A DNA stretch of 64,000 bases from assembly GCF_009914755.1 (NCBI RefSeq), contig NC_060944.1; one strand, 5' to 3'. Positions 47,230 to 60,543 of the stretch are shown here, piece by piece; the stretch's first letter is position 1, and every line of letters starts with the position of its first letter. This DNA comes from the human T2T-CHM13v2.0 reference genome, Homo sapiens. The notes under the pieces were generated by a model, which was not told the DNA's origin, searched no databases, and saw only the letters and a list, made by a program, of their open reading frames with translations. The position numbers and the translations under genes were made by a program.

Positions 47230-47749
47230 TGTATTAGTCAGGGTTCTCTAGAGAAGCAGCACCAATAGGCTATATAAATAGATTAAATAGACAAAGATTT
47301 ATGATGGATTAGCTCATATGATTATGAAGGCTGAGAAGTCCCACGATCTGCCATCTGCAACTGAAGGCTCAGGAAAGCTCGTGGTATAATTGTAGTCCAA
47401 GCCCTTAGGCCTGAGAACTGGGTGGCTAATGGGGTAAGTCCCAGTCATGTCTAAAGGCCCAAGAACCAGGGGTACTGATGTCCAAGGGCAGGAGAAGATG
47501 GATGGCCCTGTTCAAGTAAAGAGAGTGAATTTGCCCCTCCTCCTTGTTTTTTTGGTCTTATCTGGACCGTCAGTGAATTAGATGATGCCCAACCACATTG
47601 GTGAGGGAGACTTTCTTTACTCAGTCTACTGACTCAAATGTTAATCTCTTCTGGAAACACAGTCACAGACAAACCCAGAAATAATGTTTTACCAGCTTTC
47701 TGGGCATCCCTTAGCTCAATCCAGTTGACAGATAAAATTAAACAGCTTA
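47230..47749 (-). mobile_element. MLT2C-like solo LTR
   Basis: 'tgtattagtcagggttctctagag..agttgacagataaaattaa'; perfect TSD gacat (47225-47229 and 47750-47754). Confidence 0.88.
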
Positions 47750-48309
47750 GACATGATGCCAGATCTGGAGGAATTGAGTCTTGAGGGGGTTGCAGAACAC
47801 AGAAAAAAGTCTTTACAGTATACCCTGTCAAATTCATGGAAATATAGGAATTAAAACAGGTTGGGGTGATGGGAATATTTTAAGCAGCGAGCCGAAATCA
47901 CAGTGCGTAAGTTGTGGCATACAAATCAGAGAGCAGACCTGAAGTGTTATAAGATTGAGGCTCAAAGGAGACAAATGTTGTTACAGTTTTAGCATCTTGG
48001 GACCTTGGAGGTCAGCTGGCCCACCTTTACCTGAGGTCTGGCTCTTCTCCACAGAATTCTTGCAAGGTAATCATCTAATCTCGGCTTAGTTTCATTGCTG
48101 TATCTAGTGATTTTATGCTCTCTGACTGGGGAGTAGAGATAGATGGGAGCACTTCCTTGTAACTTTGCCCATTGACTCTGGTTTTACCTATGCATCTCTG
48201 CTTCTTCTTCCATACAACAGCCCTTCATATTTGAGCTGGCCCTTTGCATATTCCCCCCAAATGAAAAAAAAACCTTGGATTCTTTAGCCATTTATCAAAT
48301 GGCATCTTG

Positions 48310-48900
48310 CAGTCCTATCAATTCTTCCTCCTAAATATCTCTTGAGTCTGGTTTCTTCTCTTTACTTCCATAGTCACTTAGCATGGAAAATAGGACAAAC
48401 GACCTTGTGGAAATTAGTATCAATGGCTCTATTTTTAATCTTCCTCTTCTCTGGCTTCGATGACTACAGCAGTCTTCTAGCTGGCCTCCTCACTGCCATT
48501 TTGCCCTTTCCACTTCATTTTTACTGTCAGCAGAGCAGTCCTCCCCAAATGAAAATACGACCATGCCATATTCCTGTTTAAAACCATTCAGCAAATTCTC
48601 AGTGCCCTTCATAGAAACAATGAAAATCTTTAGCATGCCCCTGAAGGTTTGCAATGTCTGGCTCTTTCCAGTCACAGCTCCAGCCTTCCCCTTGGCAACT
48701 GACATGCTAAGCGTTTAGAAAGTATTTTAGCATCTTGATTATGACATGACTTCTCTGGTCCCAAGGCTTCATGTAGATGGTTCCCTCTGCCTAGAATCTG
48801 TTCCTCTTATCTACCTGAATAACTTCTGCTCATTTTTCAGGTCTGAGATTTGCAGTAACTTCATCTGGTAAGCCTACACTGAGTGGCTACCCACCTCTTT
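48310..48900 (+). mobile_element. L2 fragment
   Basis: 'cagcagtcttctagctggcctc..cctgtttaaaacc..ttccctctgcctagaat'. Confidence 0.6.
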
Positions 48901-48921
48901 AGGTTAGGGCTCTGTGATAGA

Positions 48922-49319
48922 ACCAAACCAACCAACCAACCTACCTCCCTCCCTCTGTCCTTCCCTCCCTCCCTCCCTCCGTCCTTCCCTCCCTTCCTCC
49001 CTCCGTCCTTCCCTCCCTCCGTCCTTCCCTCCCTCCCTCCGCCCTTCCCTCTCTCCCTCCGTCCTTCCCTCCCTCTGTCCTTCCCTCCCTCTGTCCTTCC
49101 CTCCCTCCGTCCTTCCCTCCCTGCCTCCCTCTGTCCTTCCCTCCCTGCCTCCCTCCGTCCTTCCCTCCATTCCTCCCACCCTCCCTCTCTCCCTCCTTCC
49201 CTCCCTTCCTCCCTCCCTCCCTTCCTTTCTCTTTCTTTCTCTTTCTCCTTCCTTTCTTCCTTCCTTATTTTTTTCTTTCTCTTTCTTCCTCCCTCTCTCC
49301 CTCCTTTCTTCCCTCCCCC
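48922..49319. repeat. Polypyrimidine minisatellite: (CCAA)n, then CCCTCCGTCCTTCCCT-type 16-mers, then (CCTT/TTTC)n
   Basis: Read directly. Confidence 0.97.
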
Positions 49320-49339
49320 GCATACAGTAAATTAGGCCC

Positions 49340-49720
49340 ATTTTTATCATATAATAACTCAAAGTTATATAACATCTTCACCATCAGAAAGGCTCCCTCA
49401 TATTTCCTTTAGTATATACTTCTCAAAAGCAACTGCTCTTCTGGCAGCTATCACCATAGATTCTTGCTGTCTTTTAAACCTTGTATACCTGGCATCATAC
49501 AGTATTCACGTTTTGCATCTGACTCCTTGCGCTCATCCATGTTGGTTCATGTGGCAGTAGATTATTTTTTCCTTCCTGTGTTATTCCATCTTGTGATCCA
49601 TTGTATGAATATGTCATATATTTGATCATTCTATGCTTGATGAACATTTCAGTTATTTCCAATTGTTGGCTATTATGCATATTGCTGCCATGAGCACACT
49701 TGTTTTTTGCTGAACACGTG
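49340..49720 (-). mobile_element. L1ME-like 3' fragment
   Basis: 'ctatcaccatagatt..catccatgttg..gatgaacattt..ttggctattatg'. Confidence 0.55.
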
Positions 49721-50459
<739 letters not shown>

Positions 50460-50479
50460 TGATTTTATTTTTTGAAATA

Positions 50480-52160
50480 CTTGCTGCCTCTTCCTTCTGG
50501 GCTCTTCCTCACTGGAATGATCCTTGCCAGGAGGATTTTACTTTCTACTCAATTGTCACAAGAGCTGGCCTTGTGACTTGCTTTGTCCAGTGAAATGTGA
50601 TAGAAGGAATGTATGCCACTTTGGATTAGATTAAGAGTCATTGCGTGGTTCTGCTACTGTGATTTTTCCCCCTGACACGAGGTTAGCATACAGGCTGACA
50701 TACAGAAGAATGAAACTGGATCCATATCTGTCACCATAGGCAAAAATCAATTCAAAATGGCTTAAAGAATTCAATGTAAGACCTGAAACTATAAGAAGAC
50801 TAGAAGAAAACCCAGGGAAAGCTCTCTTGGATATGAGTCTAGGCAAAGAATTTATGACTGAGACCTCAAAAGCACAGACAATAAAACCAAAAATAGACAA
50901 ATGTTACTAAAGAGTGGACAGCAAAAGAAATAATCAACAGAGTGAAGAGACAACCTGTTGAATGAGAGAAAATATTTCTAAACTATTCACTCAATGGGAG
51001 AAACTAATATCCCCTATATACAAGAAACAGAAGAAAACCAAATAATCCCATTAAAAAGCAGGTAAAGAACATGAATAGACTTTCTCAAAAGAAGACATAC
51101 AAATGGCCAAGTAGAAGAAAAAATGTTTGACATCACTAATCATCAGGAAAATGCAAATTAAAACCACAATGAGATATCATCTTACTCTAGCCAGAATGGT
51201 TATTATTAAAAAGACAAAAAATAACAGATGTTGGTGAGGATGCAGAGAAAAGGGAACTGTTATGCAATGTTGGTGGGAATGTAAACTAGTACAGCCATTA
51301 TGAAAAGCACAATGGAGATTTCTTGAAAACGTAAACATAGAACTACCATTTGATTCAGCAATCCCAGTCTCTTGGATATCTACCCAAAGGAAAAGAAATC
51401 AATGTATCAAAGGGATACTTGCACTCACATATTTATTGCAGCACTATTCACAATAGCAAAGACATGAAATCAACCTAAGTGTTTATCAATGAATAAATGT
51501 ATAAAGAAAATATGCTATATACACACAATGGAATTCTATTTGGCCATAAAAAAGAATGAAATTATGTCATTTGTAGCAACATGGATGAAATCAGAGGTCA
51601 TTATCTTAAGTGAACTAAGCCAGCCACGAAAAGACAAATATTGCATGTTCTCACTTATATATGGAGCAAAAAATTTGATTACATGGAGGTAGAGAGTGGA
51701 AAGATAGATAACAGAGACTGGAAAAGTGAGTTGGGAGATGGGAGAGGATTAAGAGAACTAGATTAAAAGGTACAATCATACAGTAAGATAGAAGGAATAA
51801 ATTCATTATTTGATAGCAGAGTAGAGTGACTATACTTAAAAAAATATAGTATTCAGGTGATGGACACTGTAAATACCTTGACTTGATCACTATACCTTAC
51901 ATACATGAAACAAAACTTCTCATGTACTCCATAAATTTGTACAAATAAAAAATAAACAACAGCAAGAATTAATACAACAGACTGAAATAGAGGCTGGTCC
52001 TCCATTCTGGGTCCTAGGATGAAGAACAGGTGGAAAGAGCCACAGCTGACTCACAGTGGACAACAGTGGAGTGAGAACTAAATATTTATGGTTACAAGCA
52101 ATTAGAACCTGGGAATGTTTTGTAATTTCCACAAAATTTTGTCTAAGTTGACTGATCCAT
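50480..52160 (+). mobile_element. MLT1 (H/I-like) LTR, split by an L1MA
   Basis: 'ggccttgtgacttgctttg..aatgtga' before the L1 and 'ctgggtcc..gagccacagctgac..gtgagaa' after it. Confidence 0.55.
50700..51965 (+). mobile_element. L1MA (L1MA4A-like) 3' 1.3 kb
   Basis: ORF2 C-terminal relic (51489-51692 'IKKNEIMSFVATWMK') plus L1MA 3'UTR ending 'tttgtacaaataaaaa'. Confidence 0.88.
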
Positions 52161-53404
52161 CGCCTTTCCTTGTATTCTCATAGCATTTTATAATTCTCAT
52201 CATAAAATGGCACAAATTCCAGTGAAGTATCTTTTAACCTGCTCTCCACTTGACCCCCTTCTACCACACCCCAACCTGTAAGGGTGGAGACTGTATATGT
52301 CTTGGTCATTCTTGTAAACCTAGCACCCAGTACTTTGATGAATGAATAGTAGGTTTTCAACACATATTCATTCAATGGAATGACTTTTAACCTTTTGTTG
52401 ATGGGAAAATCAATTTTCCTAGGTGTGCTTACCACACATAGTGGCCTGGAATGGAGCACCATTTCCCTTTGTCTTTAACTTTTAACAGTTTGATTATGTG
52501 TCTCGATGTGAATTTTTGGGGATTTATCTTATTTGGTGTCCCTTGTGTAGAACACCATTTCCAAGTATGTTCTCCTTATTGAGGAGAAGATGATAGCTCT
52601 AATCTCCCTTCCTAAGGACAGGCTACTCCTAAATATATGGCTTAGGTGACATTAGTCTTTGATAGTGACATCTCACTGTTGGTCCATGTTGACTTCACTG
52701 TAGACTCAAACTCTGGAATGTCTCCTTGTGGCACTACTACTAAGCCAGTTTTCTCACCCTGGTTTGGGGCAGGTTACCCCTGGTGTACTTATTGATCACC
52801 ATTTCCCTCTGTCGATATGCCTACTCTCACACCTTTCTCTGGAGTCTGAGTTTACTTGTTTGTTTATTTCAACCATGCCTTCCTCACTGCTTTCTCATTT
52901 CCCATATCTGGTTGTTCTATCTCAGCCTGTCCTCCAGAAACCCCAAAATGCTCCATTTCAAATCTTATCACAGACCTCTGTCCACTTCTGATTGACATGG
53001 GCATTTATCAGCTTCCAGCAAATTGAACTTCATTGTGCTACAGTATAAAGGTGTCAGAGTGAGAAATAGCCTGGTAAAAAATTAGCACTTGCAATTTTGA
53101 GCAGATGCCAGTATAACTTTTGATTTAGTGATCATATTTCAGATTCTGTATTTTCTTATTGATTGTAGATGTTCTTTACATTTTCTGGGTATTCATTCTT
53201 GGTTGGCTATGTGAATTATAAACAGCTTTTTCCACTTTGGTCGTTTCACTTTGTTTATAGTATCTTTTTGGTTTTTTTGCTACATACAGTTTTAATTTGT
53301 TGACCTTTATGGTTGACGATTTTATGATATGTGTTTGTTATCTTTTGTTTAAGAAATTCTTCCCAACCATGAGTTAAAAAAAGTGTACATTTTCTTCTAA
53401 AAAT

Positions 53405-53785
53405 ATGTATTTTTAATTTTTAATTGATACATAATTTTACATATTTATCGGGTGAAATGTGATGTTTCAATACATGTGTACATTATGTAACTAGCAAATT
53501 GGGGTAATTAGCATATCCATCACCTCAGACATTTATAATATTTCTTTGTGATGGTAATATTCAAAATCCTCTCTTCTATTTTGAGATATGCAATACCTTT
53601 TTATTGACTATAGTCACCCCACTATGCAATAGGATACCAGAACTTATCCTTCTTTTCTGATTGTAACTTTGTACCCATTGACCAAACTCTCTCCATAACC
53701 CGCGCCCCTCACCCCCACCCCAGTCTCTGATAACCACTGTTCTATTCATTACTTCCATGAGATCAACTTTTAAAAATATCTGGCA
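53405..53785 (-). mobile_element. L1MA-family 3' end
   Basis: 'ggggtaattagcatatccatcacctc..gactatagtcaccc..ccagaactta'. Confidence 0.8.
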
Positions 53786-54909
53786 TATGTAAAAATTGTT
53801 TCACATTTTGGTCTGTAATCCATCTTCATTTAAAAAATTTTATGTGGTATAAGGCAAGGGTGTAATTTTAATTTTACTCTTTTCCTTACAGAAATAAAAT
53901 TATTCCCAAACTTTGAATTGCTATATGGATATATAATGCTGTTATGTACTTCATTCATACTCATATGTTCCCTATTCTTTTGCAAGAAACTGTGGTTTTA
54001 TTCTTGTATCAAGACCATACTGCCTCACTTATTATATCTTAATAATATCTTTCCTATCTTTTCATGTGAATCCCTTTTGCTTGTTTTTCTTTTTAAAAAC
54101 TGTTTTTGCTGTTCTTGGATTTTTACTCTTACATGAAAATATTAGCACAAGTTCCATGAAAAGTCCTATTTGGATTTTGACTAGAATCACGTGGACCTTA
54201 TAAATTAAATTGTAGAGAACTGGCATTCTTATAAATCTTCCTTCTTATCATATTATAATTTGCCATTTATTCAGGTCTCCAAAAAGTGTTTCAAGGATGC
54301 TTTGTAATTTTCTCTGTAAAATGTCACACTTTGTTTTCTTAGATTTATTCTTAGTTGTTTTATGTTTTTTGACTAATGCGTATACTGTTTTTAAAATTCT
54401 GTATGTATTTCCTAATTGGTGATATTTGGTGTATAAAAATAACTGCTGGAATTTTTATAACTTTGAACTTAAGCAATTGAATGAAAATATGTATTCTAAT
54501 CATTTTTAGATTCTCTGGGATTTCAGGGTAGCAGTCATATTCTAGACAGATAATGATAATTTTGCTGTTTACTTTTCCAATCTTTATACCATGTATTTTT
54601 TTTTTGGTCCATTTAATTGACTAGGATCTTCAGAAGAACAGAAAGGGTATGTGTATTTGTGTTTTGTTTCTAATTTTAATGGAAATTCTTTTGAAGTTTA
54701 ACCATGAAGTCTTATTTTTACTGTAGCTATTATTATTATTATTATTTTAGATATGTTTTTAGGTTAAAACCTATTTCTCATTTGCTAAAATTGGAGGATT
54801 GGCTGTTACATTTTATTGAATACTTTTCTGCAACTATTTAGATAATAACATGTCTTTATATTTTAATATGCCTATGTAGTATATCACATTTTCAAAATTT
54901 TTAAAAATC

Positions 54910-55980
54910 TTTTTTTATTATTATACTTTAAGTTTTAGGGTACATGTGCACAATGTGCAGGTTAGTTACATATGTATACATGTGCCATGCTGGTGTGCTG
55001 TACCCATTAACTCGTCATCTAGCATTAGGTATATCTCCTAATGCTATCCTTCCCCTCTCCCCCCACCCCGCAACAGTCCCCAGAGTGTGATGTTCCCCTT
55101 CCTGTGTCCATGTGTTCTCATTGTTCAATTCCCATCTATGAGTGAGAACATACGGTGTTTGGTTTTTTATCCTTGTGATAGTTTACTGAGAATGATGATT
55201 TCCAATTTCATCCATGTCCCTACAAAGGACATGAACTCATCTTTTTTATGGCTGCATAGTATTCCATGGTGTATATGTGCCACATTTTCTTAATCCAGTC
55301 TATCATTGTTGGACATTTGGGTTGGTTCCAAGTCTTTGCTATTGTGAATAGTGCTGCAGTAAACATACGTGTGCATATGTCTTTATAGCAGCATGATTTA
55401 TAATCCTTTGGGTATATACCCAGTAATGGGATGGCTGGGTCAAATGGTATTTCTCGTTCTAGATCCCTGGGGAATCGCCACACTGACTTCCACAATGGTT
55501 GAACTAGTTTACAGTCCCACCAACGGTGTAAAAGTGTTCCTATTTCTCCAGATCCTCTCCAGCACCTGTTGTTTCCTGACTTTTTAATGATCGCCATTCT
55601 AACTGGTGTGAGATGGTATCTCATTGTGGTTTTGATTTGCATTTCTCTGATGGCCAGTGATGATGAGCATTTTTTCATGTGTCTTTTGGCGCATAAATGT
55701 CTTCTTTTGAGAAGTGTCTGTTCATGTCCTTTGCCCACTTTTTGATGGGGTTGTTTGTTTTTTTCTTGTAAATTTGTTTGAGTTCATTGTAGATTCTGGA
55801 TATTAGCCATTTGTCAGATCTAAAACACCAAAAGCAATGGCAACAAAAGCCAAAATTGACCAATGGGATCTAATTAAACTAAAGAGCTTCTGCACAGCAA
55901 AAGGAACTACCATCAGAGTGAACAGGCAACCTACAAAATTGGAGAAAATTTTCGCAACCTCCTCATCTGACAAAGGGCTA
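54910..55980 (-). mobile_element. 5'-inverted, truncated L1PA3/PA2-like element (twin priming)
   Basis: 54910-55819 is minus-strand 3'UTR plus ORF2 end; 55820-55980 is the adjacent upstream ORF2 piece on the plus strand ([22 protein letters not shown]); TSD core taaaaatc. Confidence 0.93.
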
Positions 55981-56134
55981 AAAATCATTTTAAATTCCTG
56001 GCATAAATTCTACTTGGCTATATTTTATAATTTTTAGAAAAATTGGATTCAATGGACTTTTTAATTTAGGATATTCATATTAAAATTTATAAATAAAATT
56101 AATCTATTTTTTCTTATACTATCTGTAGAAGATT

Positions 56135-56710
56135 GTATTATCATTCACAATTATTTAATTATACCTTCCCTGTGAAAGGATTACATATTCTCAGTGTGAC
56201 ATATAATGCCTCCTGGTGGCTGGGGTATATACTTCATGCTCCTTTGCCGAGTTTGACAATAGGATTTACTTGACCCAATGTGTGTGTACATTGCTTTGTG
56301 TCAATCTCACATTTTTTTTTTTTTTTTTTTTGAGACGGTCTCACTCTGTCACGCAGGCTAGGTAGGACTAAAGGTGCATGCCACCATGCCTGGCCAATTA
56401 AATTTTTTTTTAAATTTTTTATTTTAGAGAAGGGGTCTTGTTTCTTCCAAGTAGAGGGTTTAGGGAGCAATATAGTTATTCTACTAACTCTCTGGGTCTT
56501 TTTCTCTTTCACAAGAGCAGACATGTTCCGCATAAGGAATATTCCTTCAGTTTGGGCCCTTGAATGTGGAAACAAATGGGACAGGGCTGAGCTTGGAGCA
56601 CAACCTCAGCTGACCTGCAGCCCACATGGAATATGAATGAAGAATAAATCTTTGTTTTTTGTAAGCCCCTGAGATTTTGGGTTGTCACTAAAGTAAAGCT
56701 GACTAATGAA
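56135..56710 (+). mobile_element. MLT1 (I-like) LTR containing a deleted Alu
   Basis: 3' half 'cagctgacctgcag..aataaatctttgttttttgtaagcccctgagattttgggttg..gctgactaat'. Confidence 0.55.
56312..56445 (-). mobile_element. AluJ-like fragment, internally deleted and 5'-truncated
   Basis: Poly-T, then 'gagacggtctcactctgtc..caggct|..ggacta..gccaccatgcctggc'. Confidence 0.8.
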
Positions 56711-58789
56711 TTATCCATACCTGGTTTAAGAATCAAGGTTAATGCAGCCTCATAAAATCATTCTTCTTCCCTGAAAGCATTTATATAATGCAGAAATAGT
56801 CTGTTTCCTTAATGTTTGGTAAAATATGATTGCACAGCCCTCTGAACCTAGTGCATTTTTTCAGGTGGAGAAGAATTTCATCAAATGATTCAGATTTAAA
56901 AATAGTTATTGGCCTATTCAGGTTTCCTATTTTTTTTTCCTTACATCAATTTTGGTAATTTATATTTTTGTAGAAAAATTCCTTCTGTATCTATGTCTTA
57001 TGTCAACAAAAACCTGTTTGTGATAATTTTTATGATAAAAACAAAATTTATCTGTATTTTATCATCTAATGAGAATATTATTTGTGCCTTATTTCTTTTT
57101 CTTAATCAATGTTATAATAAGTTTGTGTACATAATTAGTACTTTCAGAGAACAAGCCTTTTTATTGTCAGAAATTTTTGTCATTTGGTCAAAAACATTTT
57201 ATCAAAACATCTACTTTTTCATATTTCATTAATTGATGCTCTTTTATTTTTTTCTAGTTTTTGGAGTTTTCTTCCTAGTTTTAAAGATGAATGCATAGTT
57301 CATTTATTTTCGGTATTTCTTAAATTAGCATTGTAAACTTGGCTGCCTATAGCAGAGACCTGAAATAGCTTAAATAGATGAAAGTTAATTTTTTTATACT
57401 TGAAAATTTAGAGGGCAGGCAATCCAGAGCTGGTAGGATAACTATACTTTGCAGAAGTAAAGACCCAGGATCCTTCTACTTTCTTGTTTATGGGGTATTG
57501 CTTTTGTCTACCAGCTGCAAGATAATTTATCTCTATGCTTATGCTTCAGCCAGCATGAAGGAGGAAAGGGATAAGAAGGGCTTCCCTCCCTTGAAGATAT
57601 GATCTGGAGGTTACATGCCTCATTTCTGCTTGTATCCCATTGGTAAGAACAGTCCTACAGCCATATAAAAGAGACTTGCAATTTAGCTTTTATTCTGAGA
57701 AGTCACATGTCCAGCTAAAAATTAAGGGTTCTCTTACTATGGGAGCAAGGATACTGGATACTGGATAAGGGGTATAGTGTCTGCCACAGTCCACTCCTTT
57801 GGTATCCAGACATCCATGTATACCTATCTTCTCAACCATTCCGATGCCAAAGGAGACACTCTAAAATTCCTTGCAGTTATTAAATCCAATTTGAAATCTA
57901 GCATACCTTCATAATGTACAGTTTTCTCCATCAGGTCTAGATGTGGCTCCTCATGGTACAGTGGCTTAAAATGTAAAAGGTAAGTTATCTGCCTATCATA
58001 TACCCAATATACAACGACAAAGCAGGAGCAGGAAAGCAACAATAACAAATCCCTTTTGGACAGAGAAGAAAGTGAATACACAACTGCCAGTGCTAACAAT
58101 AATCAAACACCATTGCCCATCCAGTGGCCTCTGATTATCCTCTTTGGAGGAACTCTTTAGATCACCATCCTTTGTGTTTTCTGGTGGTATGTTTTTGTCT
58201 GTTCTTTCTTGTGCATTATGCTTCCTGGTCGCATGTGAGATGGGCCATGCACAGTGGGTTCTCCTTGTGAATCGAAAAGCTTTTGTAGCCTGCTTTTTGC
58301 TGGTCCATGTCAAGTCAATTCTTTGTCAAATATTGACAATTAGCTCTCTTGTTTAGAAATAGATTCTTGAGCCTGAAGATTCTTGTGTTACTCTTTAAAT
58401 TTGCTTTGTGCCTTGTTGATTGTCCTGTCTCTAACTTAGTGGCAGCTAACTAGTGCATCTGAAACAAAAACTTGTGTGGGAAAGACACTTCTATTAATTG
58501 AATCCTTTCCTCCAGGCTGGCTACAATTTTCTGGCAGGAGCATCTTTTAAAAGAAGGTGTTGATAAAGTCATGGGGCCATGGTATTAGCACCTGCTAAGT
58601 CTGGCACTACAGCGCCATCATTCTTAATAGCTGCATTTTGGGTATATAGAAGTAATTAGCCTTTTCACTCTGAAAAGCCCCAAACGACCAGACTCCTGGT
58701 CAACTTAGATTGTAAACCACAGGCAGAGAGTGCTTTAGTGCTATATTTTCTTTCATCTCTGTTAGCACACTGGCTAGCTTTTTTTTTAA

Positions 58790-59128
58790 ACAGTTTTTTA
58801 AAATATATTTTTTAAATTGACAAATTGTGTGTGCTGAGGACATTTAAAATCTACTCAGTAATTTTCAAGTATACAATACATGGTTATTGATTATTATCAC
58901 CATGTTGTACAATAGATCTGTTGAACTTATTCCTCCTTTCTAACTGAAACTTTGTATCCTTTGATCAACATCTCCCCAGTCCCAGCCCCTGAGCCCCTGG
59001 TATCACCATTCTTCTCTCTGCTTCTGAGTGTGACTTTTTTAGATTCCACATATAAGTGAGATTATGTAATACTTGTCTTTCTGTGCCTAGAATTATTTCA
59101 CTTAGCATAATATCATCTAGGTTCTTGA
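58790..59128 (-). mobile_element. L1MA/MB 3' end, internally deleted
   Basis: 'atttaaaatctactc..caccatgttgtacaatagatct..agattccacatataagtgagat'. Confidence 0.8.
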
Positions 59129-59204
59129 GTTTGTATCTCTTCTTTGGGATTTTGCTAAGAGCCACAAAAACCAGTCGTACCAACATTCTCTATATATTAC
59201 ATAT

Positions 59205-59258
59205 TTAGATTGGTGCAAAGGTAATTGTGGTTTTTGCCATTACTTTTGCTTGCACCAA
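59205..59258. mobile_element. MADE1 (Hsmar1-type mariner MITE), collapsed with a damaged right end
   Basis: 'ttagattggtgcaaaggtaattgtggtttttgccattacttttgc..gcaccaa'. Confidence 0.82.
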
Positions 59259-59719
59259 GCACCAAGAGAAATGTTGATCAAAGGATACTTATTCTTATAG
59301 CACTATAGCCTCTGAACCTATGTTCTATCTTCCAAGGTAAAACATTATGGTTTTGCCAAATGTTTTGCCACTGCATAACAAGGATTATCAACTTTCCAAC
59401 CTGCTGTATCTGAGTCAATACTACTTATCACACAGTGAGTATTCCAATGAGACACCCGTTTGTCTTTCTTACGTTCAGCACTCTACTTTAAGACACCAAA
59501 ATTAGCTGTATATGTGTTCAACAGCAATAGTGGGTTTCACAAGATAAATGTTTGCTTCTCATGTGAGATACTGGAGGTAGACAGTCCAGGCCTGCTGGGA
59601 GGAGTTTGTGCTCTATGAAATCTTGAAGGATCCAGGGCCTTTCAGTCTTTTTGCTCCACCATTCTTAAGGTGTTCCCCTTGCCTTATGACTCTAGGAGCA
59701 CTGCCAACTACAGTGCTCA

Positions 59720-59822
59720 GTGTGTTCCGGTTTGCCTGGGACTTTCCTGGTTTTAGCACTGAAAGTCCCATGTCTTTGGAGACCCTTCAGTGCTGGGCAA
59801 ACTGGGATGGTTTGTCACTATT
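59720..59822 (+). mobile_element. MER81-like hAT-Blackjack MITE
   Basis: 'ccggtttgcctgggactttcctggttttagcactgaaagtccc..gggcaaactgggatgg'. Confidence 0.8.
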
Positions 59823-59824
59823 CC

Positions 59825-60543
59825 GTTTCCACCCCAGCTGGCCATAGTGCAATATAATTCTGATGCTACCACCTAGAGTTAGCCTCAGATCTCACAAGTT
59901 AAGGTCTCAGTCTTGTACTAGACTCCTGTCACTTCAGATGCCAGCCACAATTGGGGGCCCCAGGCTATCTGCACTTCTAACCAACTGGCTATCAGTCTGG
60001 GAGTCCCCCTGCCCCAGGTTTGATAATTTGTTAGAATGATTCACAGAATTCACTGAAAGAGCTAAATTTATGATTACAGTTTTATCATAAAGTATACACA
60101 TAGGGAAATCTAGAAGGCTCCCCAGTGCAGCACTTCCATGCCGTCTGCCTGTGGAGTTAGGGTGTGTCACCTGCCCAACTCACCAGTGGGTGCTCCAATC
60201 AGGAACCTCCTCTTAGCTTTGGTGTCTACAGTTTTCACTGGGGTTTCATTATGTAAGCATGATTGATTAATTCATTGGCCACTAGAAGTGATTGTATTCA
60301 AACTCAATCTCCATCCCTCCTTTCCCTCTCCAGAGGATGGGTGGCTGAAAGTTCCAGCCCTCTAATTACATATTGGATTTTCCTGGTGACTAGCCCCTAT
60401 TCTGAATCCATCTAGGATCCCACCATAAGTCACTTCACTAGGGTAATAGAGACACTCCTATCTCCCAGGAAATTCCCAGGGTTTTTTAAGCTCCATGATA
60501 GGAATCAGGGACAAAGACTAGAAAAATTATTTGTTATACCATA
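59825..60543 (-). mobile_element. MER21 (B/C-like) LTR
   Basis: 'acctagagttagc..cacttcagatgccagcc..tttgataatttgttagaatgattcacagaa..ggaatcagggacaaagac'. Confidence 0.8.

Larger units (their letters stand above)
53120..57320 (-). mobile_element. Very old L1ME/L1MC ORF2 relic hosting younger insertions (continues at ~60818-61260)
   Basis: T-rich antisense L1 motifs 'ttggattttgactagaat', 'cagcctcataaaat', 'ttggcctattcagg', 'ttcagagaacaagc'. Confidence 0.6.

Noticed and set aside
48883-49362. Pro/Ser-rich and Arg/Glu/Gly-rich ORFs of 138-152 aa
   Set aside because: These are translations of a stop-free simple repeat.
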